Assembly (NCBI RefSeq): GCF_964204645.1
Contig: NC_134025.1
Span: 14,012,001 to 14,076,000 of the forward strand
Reading direction: 5' to 3'
Source: Tubulanus polymorphus
Taxonomy: Eukaryota > Animalia > Nemertea
DNA: 64,000 nt
In this document: positions 1-9,659 of the stretch, piece by piece
Layout of the letters: every line of letters starts with the position of its first letter
How positions within the stretch are numbered: the stretch's first letter is position 1
Position numbers and translations under genes: made by a program
Notes under the pieces: model-generated
Databases searched by the model: none
Seen by the model: the letters and a program-made list of their open reading frames with translations, nothing else
Told to the model about the DNA's origin: nothing

Positions 1-128
1 CGAATAGAAATTCTTTAAATTCAAATAGCTAGTATCAGTAGTCAATACTAGAATTCTTTAACTTTAACTAGCTAGTATCATTTGAAGAATACTTATAATA
101 TTTTTTTTGCTTTTTTTCTCTAATATAA

Positions 129-731
129 ATGTCAAAGAAATCTAATAAGAATAGTATTGATATTGAAAAAACATTAGATGATTTAGGTATTAGTGATAAT
201 AAAGATACAGTTGTTTCTAATTCTATTCAAGTTAATAACAATATAGATTATGAATACTATTTATATTGTAAGCATCATCTAGAACTATTGATTGCCGGTG
301 GAAAAACTAAAGAGTTTTTAACTAAGACTATTACTTTTCAAGAATTAGATGCTATGAAACCCGATAAAGTAATAAAATATTTTAAGATTTATGAAGAGGC
401 AAGATTATCTAAAATAAATGATTCTATTTCGAATGGTATTGTCAAATGTTATTCTAAGTTATGTAACCAGTTAATACCAATTGATGATGAAAATAAATTA
501 TATAATGATTTGAAAAATGACTATTTAGTTATGACTGAATTACAAAAATGGGTTGGTTACGCTTCATTTCAATTAGGATCGGTTATGACATTAATTTCTA
601 CTGGTGTCATAACATTTTCGAACATCAAGCCTATGGAATATAAATCAGGTAAGAACGAAACAGATGTACTACAACCAAACATCGAAACAGAAGATGAATC
701 AGAACAAAAATTAACTAAAATAAATGAGTGA
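129..731 (+). CDS. Conserved Polinton hypothetical protein (200 aa)
   Basis: Intact ORF with TAAATG start; homologs at 22162, 43993 and 54630(-). Confidence 0.8.
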   Translation: MSKKSNKNSIDIEKTLDDLGISDNKDTVVSNSIQVNNNIDYEYYLYCKHHLELLIAGGKTKEFLTKTITFQELDAMKPDKVIKYFKIYEEARLSKINDSISNGIVKCYSKLCNQLIPIDDENKLYNDLKNDYLVMTELQKWVGYASFQLGSVMTLISTGVITFSNIKPMEYKSGKNETDVLQPNIETEDESEQKLTKINE

Positions 732-1119
732 TGGAGTTAAGAAAAAGGCTAGATCCGAGAAACAAATTAAATGGGCAAGAGAATTAGGTAAAAGATCTTC
801 AGAATTAAAAAAAGCTAAGAAAAAGAAATTAACTGATATAAATGAATCACAGAAATTATCTGATGGTGCCGTACGGCACCCACACGGTGGTATTGATTCA
901 AATAATAATCCATCTAATTCTTCTAATAGTGGAAGAAATAATTACTTATATATTACAATTGGGTTAATCACAATTATTATATTCTCCGGTGTAATATATA
1001 AATCAAAATTCAAATCTGATGATAAAGATGATTCCAATGATGATAAACCTATCATACCCGAAAATAAGTCAAATCATAAATCAAATGAAAATAAATCTAA
1101 AATATTATTAATGGATTAA
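724..1119 (+). CDS. Small protein with basic N-terminus and one TM helix (131 aa)
   Basis: KKKARSEKQIKWARELG; hydrophobic YLYITIGLITIIIFSGVIY; homologs in E2, E3 and the fragment. Confidence 0.78.
   Translation: MSDGVKKKARSEKQIKWARELGKRSSELKKAKKKKLTDINESQKLSDGAVRHPHGGIDSNNNPSNSSNSGRNNYLYITIGLITIIIFSGVIYKSKFKSDDKDDSNDDKPIIPENKSNHKSNENKSKILLMD
865..891 (+). repeat. GC-rich micro-palindrome insertion, copy 1 (in frame)
   Basis: GGTGCC-GTAC-GGCACC-CACACGGTGGT; absent from the E2 homolog (CTGAT/ATTGATTCA). Confidence 0.75.
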
Positions 1120-1122
1120 AAT

Positions 1123-2238
1123 ATGATGAAAAAAGAACAATATTTAAGAGATTTATATTATAACCCAGAAAGTGAAGTTTCATATTCAAGTGTTTCGGAA
1201 TTATGGGATAAAATTAAATCTGATAAAGAAAATGGTGCCGTATGGCACCCACATGGTGACATAAAATATAGTGAATTAAAATCATGGTTACAAAATCAAC
1301 CCACATATCAAATTCATAAAAAGATGGATAAAAAATATTTAACAAGAAAAGTAATGGTTTCATATATTGACCAACAATGGCAAGCTGATTTAATTGATAT
1401 GAAAAACTTAGAAGAATATAACAAAGGATATTTTTGGATACTAAATGTTATAGATATATTCAGTAGATACGCATGGAGTATCCCGATTAAAAATAAAACT
1501 GGTATAGAAGTTACAAATTCTTTCAAATTAATATTTAAAGAAGCTATCCCAGATAAAATACAATTTGATGAAGGTAAAGAATTTTATAACAAACATTTCA
1601 AAAAACTATTATCTGATAACGATGTAGAATATTTTTCAACACATTCAGATAAAAAAGCATCCGTTATAGAAAGATTTAATAAAACATTGAAAACTAGAAT
1701 GTGGAAATATTTCACCGCTAATGAAACATATAAATATATCGATGTGTTAGATGATTTAGTTAAAGGTTATAATAATTCTAAACATAATTCTATAAATATG
1801 AAACCTATACAAGCTAGAAAAGAAGAAAATTCAGAAATAGTTTGGAATAATTTATATGGTGCGTTTGTTACACATGATTTTGGAGAACCTAAATTTAAAA
1901 TAGGACAACATGTTAGAATTTCTAAATATCGAAAAACATTTTATAAAGGTTATACCCCTAATTTTACTGAAGAAATATTTAAAATTAAAAAGATAATATT
2001 AACTAAACCTTTTGTTTATAAATTAGAAGATCTAAAAGATGAAGAAATATTAGGTTATTTCTATGAACAAGAATTATCACTTGTACCAAATCCAGATGAA
2101 ATAGAATACAAAATAGAAAAAGTATTGAAAACAAAAACTCTTAAAGGAAAAAAGTATTCTCTGGTGAAATATAAAGGATATGATGATAAATTTAATGAAT
2201 GGATTTTATCTAGTAAAATTAAAAGAATAAATGAATAA
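1123..2238 (+). CDS. Retroviral-like DDE integrase with C-terminal chromodomain
   Basis: WQADLID, QFDEGKEF, VIERFNKTLK catalytic motifs; C-terminal YKIEKVL...SLVKYKGYDDKFNEWI chromodomain pattern. Confidence 0.95.
   Translation: MMKKEQYLRDLYYNPESEVSYSSVSELWDKIKSDKENGAVWHPHGDIKYSELKSWLQNQPTYQIHKKMDKKYLTRKVMVSYIDQQWQADLIDMKNLEEYNKGYFWILNVIDIFSRYAWSIPIKNKTGIEVTNSFKLIFKEAIPDKIQFDEGKEFYNKHFKKLLSDNDVEYFSTHSDKKASVIERFNKTLKTRMWKYFTANETYKYIDVLDDLVKGYNNSKHNSINMKPIQARKEENSEIVWNNLYGAFVTHDFGEPKFKIGQHVRISKYRKTFYKGYTPNFTEEIFKIKKIILTKPFVYKLEDLKDEEILGYFYEQELSLVPNPDEIEYKIEKVLKTKTLKGKKYSLVKYKGYDDKFNEWILSSKIKRINE
1234..1260 (+). repeat. GC-rich micro-palindrome insertion, copy 2 (in frame in integrase)
   Basis: GGTGCC-GTAT-GGCACC-CACATGGTGAC; the E2 integrase has only GGTAAT here. 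Confidence 0.75.
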
Positions 2239-2845
2239 AGATTTATTTATATTTGAACCACATAATATGTTAGTTACTGGAGTTACAAATTGTGGTAAAA
2301 CACACTTCATATTATATTTATTAGAAACTATTTATCAGAATCATTTTGATAATATAATATTATTCTGCCCAACTTATGAAATGAATGAAACGTATAATAG
2401 AGATATAGTTTTTAAAGATAAAAAGTTTATTATATTAAATTCTAAAACAGTGAAAGATAATTTAGATAATTGTATAAAAATTGCAATAGATATCTATAAA
2501 GGATCTAATACATTATTTATTATTGATGATTGCGCAAATTTACATGATTCTAAAATTAGAGAAAGTGAGTTATGTTATTTAGCTTTCTCTGGTAGACATT
2601 TTGGGATAACAACATGGGTTTTAAATCAGAAATATAATTCAATTGTGAAAGATTTTAGAGAGAATATAAGATTTCTAGTTTTATTCTACAACAAAGATAG
2701 AAAATCTATGCAACAATCATTGGAAGAAAATCAAATTATACCTCCTGAATTACATGATGAATATATGAATAAATTAAAGAATAATAAAGGTTCAAAATTA
2801 TTAATGAGATTACAATTTCCCTATGAATATAAATTTATAAAATAA
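2231..2845 (+). CDS. A32/FtsK-HerA-type DNA packaging ATPase
   Basis: Walker A GVTNCGKT, Walker B FIIDD, SGRH arginine motif, LNQ. Confidence 0.92.
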   Translation: MNKDLFIFEPHNMLVTGVTNCGKTHFILYLLETIYQNHFDNIILFCPTYEMNETYNRDIVFKDKKFIILNSKTVKDNLDNCIKIAIDIYKGSNTLFIIDDCANLHDSKIRESELCYLAFSGRHFGITTWVLNQKYNSIVKDFRENIRFLVLFYNKDRKSMQQSLEENQIIPPELHDEYMNKLKNNKGSKLLMRLQFPYEYKFIK

Positions 2846-2861
2846 AATCCTAATTCAAAAT

Positions 2862-3221
2862 ATTATAGAATTCACTGTATACTAATGGATGAGTGGATGA
2901 ATTGGATGAGTGGATGAATGGATGAGTGTAATAATATATAATTTACATATGTTTTTTATTTTTAAAACAGTAAGAGTTTGATTTGAAGTTATTTTATCAA
3001 TTTTATACTATATTTAAATATTATTTTAATAATATATATATATTGTGTTAAATTTAATAAAGAATAAAAATATTATATTTATACTCATACTATTCTTCCA
3101 ATTTATGTGTTAAAAAGTAAAATATATATATTATTATACTCATCCACTCTTCCACTCATCCAATTCTTCCAACTCATCCAACTCATCCATTCATCCATCA
3201 ATATACAGTGAATTCTATAAT
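2862..3221. repeat. 360-bp inverted-repeat cassette with GGATGAGT/GGATGAAT iterons
   Basis: ATTATAGAATTCACTGTAT at 2862 mirrored by ATACAGTGAATTCTATAAT ending 3221; tandem 8-9-mers in opposite orientation in the two arms. Confidence 0.88.
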
Positions 3222-3225
3222 CTTT

Positions 3226-4287
3226 TTAATTTTCATTTTCATATTTTTCTTTAAGCTTATTGTATTCTAAATATATATCCCTTTGCATTTTCTTTGGTAT
3301 AATTCCTAAATAATTCTCGAGTTTATATTTCCTGAATGTTTCTCTTGAAAATATTTTTGGAATATAATTTTCGATTTCAGTTTTAGATGGATGTTTATTT
3401 AAAAATTCTCTAAAATCATCATATTTAAGTTCAAATAAGTTCATTGTATAAGTTACATTTGGTTTAAAGTTATCTAACTTTTTCAATATGGTAACTATAT
3501 CATTACTCAAGAAATAATCTATAAATGTTTTTCTATACCACCGATAATCTGATATATTCTTATTATTAAATTTTGGATTTATAACTGTTGGATTTTCTAT
3601 TACATTATCTGTACCAATATGTTTAATTGAGTATTTATGATTCAATTGTTTATCATATATTACATATTCTTTACATTTTTCACACCAAGATTTAAATACT
3701 TGTATTGCATGGGCTGAATCATTTCCACCTTTTGTTTTTAATTTATAATGTTTTGCCCAATTAGCCTTTGTTATACATTCATTACAGAAGGCACAATAAT
3801 TCTGATCCTCTTTGCATTTATCTTTATATATATTGGCATATGTTTTTACTAATTGTAAAATATGTTCATCTTTTTTGATGTGTAATAAATAATCATTATA
3901 ATTATCAAAATCTTCTTCACAATACATACATCTAATGTTATCTTTTGGTTGAACATTTGATTTTTCTATTTTAGGTTCAATATTATATTCTATTTTTGTT
4001 TCAATCTTATCATCATTCGATGTAGAAGGTATAACATTATCTTCTATTTTATATTCAATATCATTCTTATCTTCTATTTTATATTCAATATCATTCTTAT
4101 CTTCTATTTTAGGTTCAATATTATCTTCTATTTTAGGTTCAATATTCTTATCTATTTTACTTATTCTATATTTGAATTGATTAAAGTAATCTCCAAAATA
4201 CTTACTGTATTCATCATAAGGTAATATATAATATATATCTGATATCATTTCACTTGGAGATTGTATTTCATATATTCCACCTTCCAT
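3226..4287 (-). CDS. Multi C2H2-type zinc-finger protein with IEYKIEDKND repeats (353 aa)
   Basis: CMYC..H..H, CAFC..H, CEKC..H..H motifs. Confidence 0.75.
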   Translation of the reverse strand: MEGGIYEIQSPSEMISDIYYILPYDEYSKYFGDYFNQFKYRISKIDKNIEPKIEDNIEPKIEDKNDIEYKIEDKNDIEYKIEDNVIPSTSNDDKIETKIEYNIEPKIEKSNVQPKDNIRCMYCEEDFDNYNDYLLHIKKDEHILQLVKTYANIYKDKCKEDQNYCAFCNECITKANWAKHYKLKTKGGNDSAHAIQVFKSWCEKCKEYVIYDKQLNHKYSIKHIGTDNVIENPTVINPKFNNKNISDYRWYRKTFIDYFLSNDIVTILKKLDNFKPNVTYTMNLFELKYDDFREFLNKHPSKTEIENYIPKIFSRETFRKYKLENYLGIIPKKMQRDIYLEYNKLKEKYENEN

Positions 4288-4319
4288 TTAATATAAGATT
4301 TTTTATTAAAGTTAAAATT

Positions 4320-5567
4320 TTAATACATAACACTATCTAATTGTGAATTTACAATATTTAATTGCGCGTCAGATATAATATAAATATGCATTTTAAAATT
4401 TTTGATTCCCTTTTTCTTTGTCATAAATAATTGTATTCCATCTTTTGTATTTTGTAATTTTTTCCCAGAACCATGTAATGAATTATCTTCAGTTGTTCTA
4501 AAATCTAACCATAATGCATATTTATTACCGGTATAATAATCAATTTGATTAATATTACAATTTTCAAATGATTTTACTTTTTCATTCATAAAATGTTTTT
4601 TAATTTCTACCCATTGATCAATCATTCTCATTCCTTGACAAAATATTTTATTCGCTATTCCTTCGATAGTTATTTCTACTTTTGTTATTTCAGGATTATA
4701 ATAATTGTCAACATTTATTGCGCCATTAGTATACGTTCCAATGGTAAAAAATATTAATATACCTTTAATAGATCTTCTAGGAAAGTTAATATTCTCATTA
4801 ATTATTTCATCATTTGCATTAATAGTTACAGTTTTAAATTTATCAATATAATCATATAATAATGAAAACCCTTGATTATATTTAGTTTGAATTATACTTG
4901 AAATATTTTCATCAGTTACTGTATCATATTCTAAACATATATTCGATAATTTATAACTCATATCTTTATTAACGCTAGATAATACAATTTCATTTACAGG
5001 AGCAAATGTTATCTCAAATATAATATCTTCTTGAATTGCGTATTTATATAAAGGTGCATTATTATTTATCAATTCAAAATCTAATGGAATTTTATATTTG
5101 CTTCCATATATACTTTTTATCAATTTATCTACATCATTTGTTAATATTGCGCTATTAGCTTCTGATCTTAATTTATTTTGGTTTTCTGATTGAATTCCTT
5201 GAAATATCATATTATTTCTATTTTCTTTAGTTAACCATAAATCTTTATAATGCATAAATAAATTATAATCATCTAATGAGAAAACTGTTTCTGGACCAAT
5301 CTTTATTGTTAACTTTTTAATCAAATATCTTCCAACATTATCAACAACATAATTATTATTATTACCGATTACTTTTATATCAGCTGATAAATAAATACTG
5401 TTTGGAACATAAAAAGTATTTTGTGTTAATCTCGGAATTCTAACGTATAAAGTTTCATCGGGATTAATATTTGAAGGGTTATGAGTAATTATATGATGTG
5501 ATCTTTCTGCTTTAATAGCGTTAGATATTCTAGAAATCTTCGAAGGATTTATATAACTCCCACTCAT
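4320..5567 (-). CDS. Putative major capsid protein (double jelly-roll)
   Basis: 415 aa, beta-rich, highly conserved in all copies; N-terminal NP..R...IKAER.H.IITHNPS pattern resembles Polinton MCPs; genomic context. Confidence 0.75.
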   Translation of the reverse strand: MSGSYINPSKISRISNAIKAERSHHIITHNPSNINPDETLYVRIPRLTQNTFYVPNSIYLSADIKVIGNNNNYVVDNVGRYLIKKLTIKIGPETVFSLDDYNLFMHYKDLWLTKENRNNMIFQGIQSENQNKLRSEANSAILTNDVDKLIKSIYGSKYKIPLDFELINNNAPLYKYAIQEDIIFEITFAPVNEIVLSSVNKDMSYKLSNICLEYDTVTDENISSIIQTKYNQGFSLLYDYIDKFKTVTINANDEIINENINFPRRSIKGILIFFTIGTYTNGAINVDNYYNPEITKVEITIEGIANKIFCQGMRMIDQWVEIKKHFMNEKVKSFENCNINQIDYYTGNKYALWLDFRTTEDNSLHGSGKKLQNTKDGIQLFMTKKKGIKNFKMHIYIISDAQLNIVNSQLDSVMY

Positions 5568-5588
5568 TTAATTAACAAAAAAAATTAA

Positions 5589-6755
5589 TTATTTATTTTT
5601 TGATATCATATTTACTAAACCAAAAATAATAGCACTTACAACCGTAATTAAAAATAAAATAATATGTTCAGCAGCAAAGTTAATAATGTTTCCTGCAGAT
5701 TTCAATATAAAACCAACAATTGAAGCAATAACTCCTGGTAGTGCTGCAGCAGATTTCTTTGATAGTTCCCATAAATATTTTGCTAATTTCTTTAAACCAT
5801 CTTTAACTTTATCTTGTATAGAATTATTATCATTCGGGGGTTTATCCGGTTTATTTGGAGTAGGAGTAGATTTCAAAGCATTTGATATTGCTAAACCAAT
5901 TGTTGTAAATAACATAGTTACAGCTGTTAGAATTGAAAGAATTGTTATTCCTTCTAACTTAAATAATAACTTTATTCTATCTTTTAATGATATTTCAGAA
6001 TTTGGTTTTATCAACAAATCTTTAAAAATAACTTTTAATCTATTAATATTATAATCATATGATTTTAATAATGATTTAATTTCTTCTTTTTGTAATTCTA
6101 TGTTATATTCTAAATCATCTTTTTCTTTTTCTAAATATGCATTTCTTTTTTTAAATTCAATTTCTTCAATAACTTTATTATCTCTATCTAATTTTAGTTG
6201 TTCTATTTCTTTATTTTTATCAGTTAATTCTTTTTCTAAAGTTCTAATCTTAAAATCTCTTATACTTTTATCATGCGCAATTTTATCAGATGCAAGTCTT
6301 ATACTAATAATTTCTCTAATTGCTTTATCAGAAAATATATCTAAATCTTCTAATTCTTGATCTGTTGCATCAAGTAACCCATTTGGTAAAAGTTTTTCAA
6401 TTGGAACTTCATTTGATTTAAGTTTTCTAGTTTTGGAAGTTATATTCTGTTCAGAAGTTGTTTCTTTTTCAAATATAGGTTTGAAATTATAAATATATTC
6501 ATTATATTCTAAATTTTGTTTTACTAAATCTGGATTTTCATTTTCAGGATTTATTCTCGATCTAGTTCTTCTATCAAATTCATCTGTTGATTGACCTTTA
6601 GAACCACTATCTGCTAAATTAGAATTATATGCTGATTCATCATCATTATCAATATTAGTTTCATTAAAATCGGGTTGTGGTTCATCATCAATATATCCTT
6701 CATTATTATTTCCCATTTCTCCCATTTCATAATCTTCTCCACCTTCTACATCCAT
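5589..6755 (-). CDS. Acidic/coiled-coil protein with C-terminal TM and amphipathic helices (388 aa)
   Basis: Acidic N-terminus, heptad-rich middle, ITILSILTAVTMLFTTIGLAI, GLKKLAKYLWELSKKSAAALPGVIASIVGFIL. Confidence 0.75.
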   Translation of the reverse strand: MDVEGGEDYEMGEMGNNNEGYIDDEPQPDFNETNIDNDDESAYNSNLADSGSKGQSTDEFDRRTRSRINPENENPDLVKQNLEYNEYIYNFKPIFEKETTSEQNITSKTRKLKSNEVPIEKLLPNGLLDATDQELEDLDIFSDKAIREIISIRLASDKIAHDKSIRDFKIRTLEKELTDKNKEIEQLKLDRDNKVIEEIEFKKRNAYLEKEKDDLEYNIELQKEEIKSLLKSYDYNINRLKVIFKDLLIKPNSEISLKDRIKLLFKLEGITILSILTAVTMLFTTIGLAISNALKSTPTPNKPDKPPNDNNSIQDKVKDGLKKLAKYLWELSKKSAAALPGVIASIVGFILKSAGNIINFAAEHIILFLITVVSAIIFGLVNMISKNK

Positions 6756-6771
6756 TTACATAATAAAAAAA

Positions 6772-8160
6772 TTAAAATTTAAAATATAATATTCCTCCGA
6801 TTACAATTCCTATACAAGTTATAGCTAATTTAGTATTTTCATGGGATTTATTATCATCATTTTGTTTAATTATATCATGTTGAATTTTATCAGTTCTATT
6901 ATTTTCTGATGTATTGTAATCTTTTATTTTAGAATCATTATTTAATTTAATATTCTTAGTTTTAGTTTCTGTTGATTGAATATGTTTTTTATTTTTTTCA
7001 CCTTCCATTAATTTTGGAGCAGTAATAATCTTTTTATTTATATCATTTAACCCAAATGAATTATTTATTGTTGCAGTTTTAATTAGATTATTATAACCAA
7101 TTATATTTCCCATCTTCAATACTAAATCATTAGAAATAATTAATAGATTAGGGCCTATACAATAATTAAGTCTTACATGAGATTTATCTAAATAATTTTG
7201 ATATCTTATAATGTTTTCTGGAATCGATCTATTTTTATCATTATGTATGGAATCTTCAAATAAAACTTTAAATTGTTTTTGTGTATCGAATGATGTATTC
7301 AAATTTCCAATTATCGGTGATCTTGTTTCAACTTGCGCACCTAAAATACATATCAAATAAGTTCTAATAGATTGATTTATTCTTTCTATACCTGATTTAG
7401 TAAAACCTTCACTATTTTCTAAAATAAAATATACCCAACCATTATTGTTTTCTTGTTTTAAATTATCATAAAATTTCGGTAATTTATTAAAATTTAATGT
7501 TTCTAAATCCTTAGTTTCTATTTTACCATAACCTAATTTATTATTATAGATATTATAAAAACTATTAGATGGTATGGGAAGTGCACAATATTCTGCAATC
7601 TTTTTAGGGCAAGGAAGTGATCTTATTGTTCCAATTTTTGTTCTAAAATCAGAATTATTCATATCTATATTAAATTCATTGCAAATTTTATAAAACTTAG
7701 ATAAATTAATATTATTATCTAATTCTTTAAAATATCTAGATCCTGGTAAAGCGCACTCTAATTCATTTAATATTATTCTGATTTGAAAGTATGTATGAAA
7801 TCTAAATAAACTTTGAATTAATTTATATTTAGAATTATTCAAATGATCATTCCAACTAATTCCACATCCTGTTGTTGCACAATAAACAGCAAAATTTAAT
7901 TGGTTCTGCCAATACTTCATATTAGATTTTAATAACCATTGTTTTTCATCTTTCAATTTTTTAAAATTAATTAAATATATATGAAATATATTTTCCATCT
8001 TTGCATTAAAATTATTAGTTTCAGTAACATAAATTTCTAAATTAGTTAATGAATCTAAAACTTCATTTCTATATGTAATATCTTTATTAAAATCTATTGC
8101 TGGAATATTATATTTAATTGATTTATTATATTGGAAAGCTTTTGGAAAACTATCTACCAT
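6772..8160 (-). CDS. Conserved Polinton protein of unknown function with C-terminal TM (462 aa)
   Basis: YWQNQLNFAVYCATTGCG block conserved in E2 and E3; hydrophobic C-terminus. Confidence 0.78.
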   Translation of the reverse strand: MVDSFPKAFQYNKSIKYNIPAIDFNKDITYRNEVLDSLTNLEIYVTETNNFNAKMENIFHIYLINFKKLKDEKQWLLKSNMKYWQNQLNFAVYCATTGCGISWNDHLNNSKYKLIQSLFRFHTYFQIRIILNELECALPGSRYFKELDNNINLSKFYKICNEFNIDMNNSDFRTKIGTIRSLPCPKKIAEYCALPIPSNSFYNIYNNKLGYGKIETKDLETLNFNKLPKFYDNLKQENNNGWVYFILENSEGFTKSGIERINQSIRTYLICILGAQVETRSPIIGNLNTSFDTQKQFKVLFEDSIHNDKNRSIPENIIRYQNYLDKSHVRLNYCIGPNLLIISNDLVLKMGNIIGYNNLIKTATINNSFGLNDINKKIITAPKLMEGEKNKKHIQSTETKTKNIKLNNDSKIKDYNTSENNRTDKIQHDIIKQNDDNKSHENTKLAITCIGIVIGGILYFKF

Positions 8161-8176
8161 TTATATAATTAAAAAA

Positions 8177-8611
8177 TTAATAATTTATTAATTCTTTTAA
8201 TAATTTATCTTGTTCTTCAACTGTTATATGACCATTTAAACTTATTATATAATCTAGTGTATTCTTTAATTTATTAATTTCTTTTATATTAGTTTTAATT
8301 TTTTCTTTATTACTTTTTATATTTAATTTTGAACTTATACCAGTTAAAACACTTGAACTTAATCCTAACACACCAATTGATATAGCTAAAGGTGTTAATG
8401 GACTGAATATTGCTAGAAATGTTATTACAGAACTAATTGTAACCGAACCACTTATAATCAAATAATATATAATTTTACTTTTTAAATATTTATTCTTTTT
8501 AACTTTTAAGTCACTTTCAAATTCTAATATTTGTTTTTCTAAATATGTTTTTAATTTAGTTTTATTTATATCATGAGGAATAATATCAATACTATCAACT
8601 TTATCTTCCAT
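8177..8611 (-). CDS. Two-TM membrane protein flanked by coiled coils (144 aa)
   Basis: Two adjacent hydrophobic helices; conserved in three copies. Confidence 0.75.
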   Translation of the reverse strand: MEDKVDSIDIIPHDINKTKLKTYLEKQILEFESDLKVKKNKYLKSKIIYYLIISGSVTISSVITFLAIFSPLTPLAISIGVLGLSSSVLTGISSKLNIKSNKEKIKTNIKEINKLKNTLDYIISLNGHITVEEQDKLLKELINY

Positions 8612-8630
8612 TTATTTAGAATAAAAATCA

Positions 8631-9053
8631 CTAATTAGTAAATTTATAAGCAACAAATATAACAATAACTGTTCCACCTAAAATCCATATTATTTCATAT
8701 TTCTGTTGTTCTTTACTTGGGGTATAATAATCTGATAATTTGGGTTTGTATAGATGTAATTTTTCTTTATTTGTTACTGCGTTATATAAACTCATTGCAT
8801 CATCAACTGATTGAAAATCTCTATGTGAAATCTTCTGATCATATAATTCTTTATTGATGTAATCCATATAGTTTTGTCTCTTTTCTCTATATTCTTCTGC
8901 AGCTTTATTGTATTTCTCTAACGCTAAGTTATGTCTTCTTTGTTCTCCTAATGAACTATTTTTATCAATATGTTTAAATAAATAACCACCACCAGTAAAT
9001 GCTAAAGCGTTAACAATTGCCGATCCTATAATAGTTATAATTGCAGAAGCCAT
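8631..9053 (-). CDS. Membrane protein with hydrophobic N- and C-termini (140 aa)
   Basis: MASAIITIIGSAIVNALAFTGGG; IIWILGGTVIVIFVAY; near-identical in E2 and E3. Confidence 0.78.
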   Translation of the reverse strand: MASAIITIIGSAIVNALAFTGGGYLFKHIDKNSSLGEQRRHNLALEKYNKAAEEYREKRQNYMDYINKELYDQKISHRDFQSVDDAMSLYNAVTNKEKLHLYKPKLSDYYTPSKEQQKYEIIWILGGTVIVIFVAYKFTN

Positions 9054-9078
9054 TTATTTAGCAAAAAAAATTATGTAT

Positions 9079-9300
9079 TTATATGGGAGGAATATATTTT
9101 TGTTTTTCCAAATAATCAATAGTTAAATTAGATAAAGTAACTGCTAACGTTAATTTCAAAATATCATTTATATCAAATCTATCAACATTAACACTTCCCA
9201 TTTTGAATACTTTTTTTAATACCATTGAATAACCAACCGTTCCAACTGATAGTAATGCGCCATTATATAATCCAGTTATTATCCACTTATTATCACTCAT
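9079..9300 (-). CDS. Small hydrophobic protein (73 aa)
   Basis: Conserved in three copies; TAAATG start. Confidence 0.72.
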   Translation of the reverse strand: MSDNKWIITGLYNGALLSVGTVGYSMVLKKVFKMGSVNVDRFDINDILKLTLAVTLSNLTIDYLEKQKYIPPI

Positions 9301-9642
9301 TTATTTATCAAAAAAATTACTATCTTCAAAATATTTAGTTAACTTATTTATGATTAATTCAACATTTATTTCATTACTAGTTTTATGATTATCATATATT
9401 TTGGATAATATGTTTTTAATATCTTCAATAATTCCATCTTCATTTAATTCATAATATTCTAAAGGTGATTTAATTAAATCAATTACTTTTTCTATATTAT
9501 AATTTTCTTTATCAATCATTGATGCATTGTTAAATGATTTACTTTTTATATCAGTAATTACATCATTTAGTTTAATTCTCATTTCTTTACCATGTTTAAA
9601 ATCAAACCCAAAACATATACTCGGTCCAACAGTTATATTCAT
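9301..9642 (-). CDS. Hypothetical protein (113 aa)
   Basis: Conserved in three copies; stop abuts the next ATG. Confidence 0.72.
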   Translation of the reverse strand: MNITVGPSICFGFDFKHGKEMRIKLNDVITDIKSKSFNNASMIDKENYNIEKVIDLIKSPLEYYELNEDGIIEDIKNILSKIYDNHKTSNEINVELIINKLTKYFEDSNFFDK

Positions 9643-9659
9643 TTATATAGTGAAAAAAA

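Noticed and set aside
5686-6360. Plus-strand ORFs antisense to the coiled-coil/TM gene (also 29891, 30618-31450, 58006, 58861)
   Set aside because: Shadow ORFs of conserved AT-rich coding sequence; no start context or independent features
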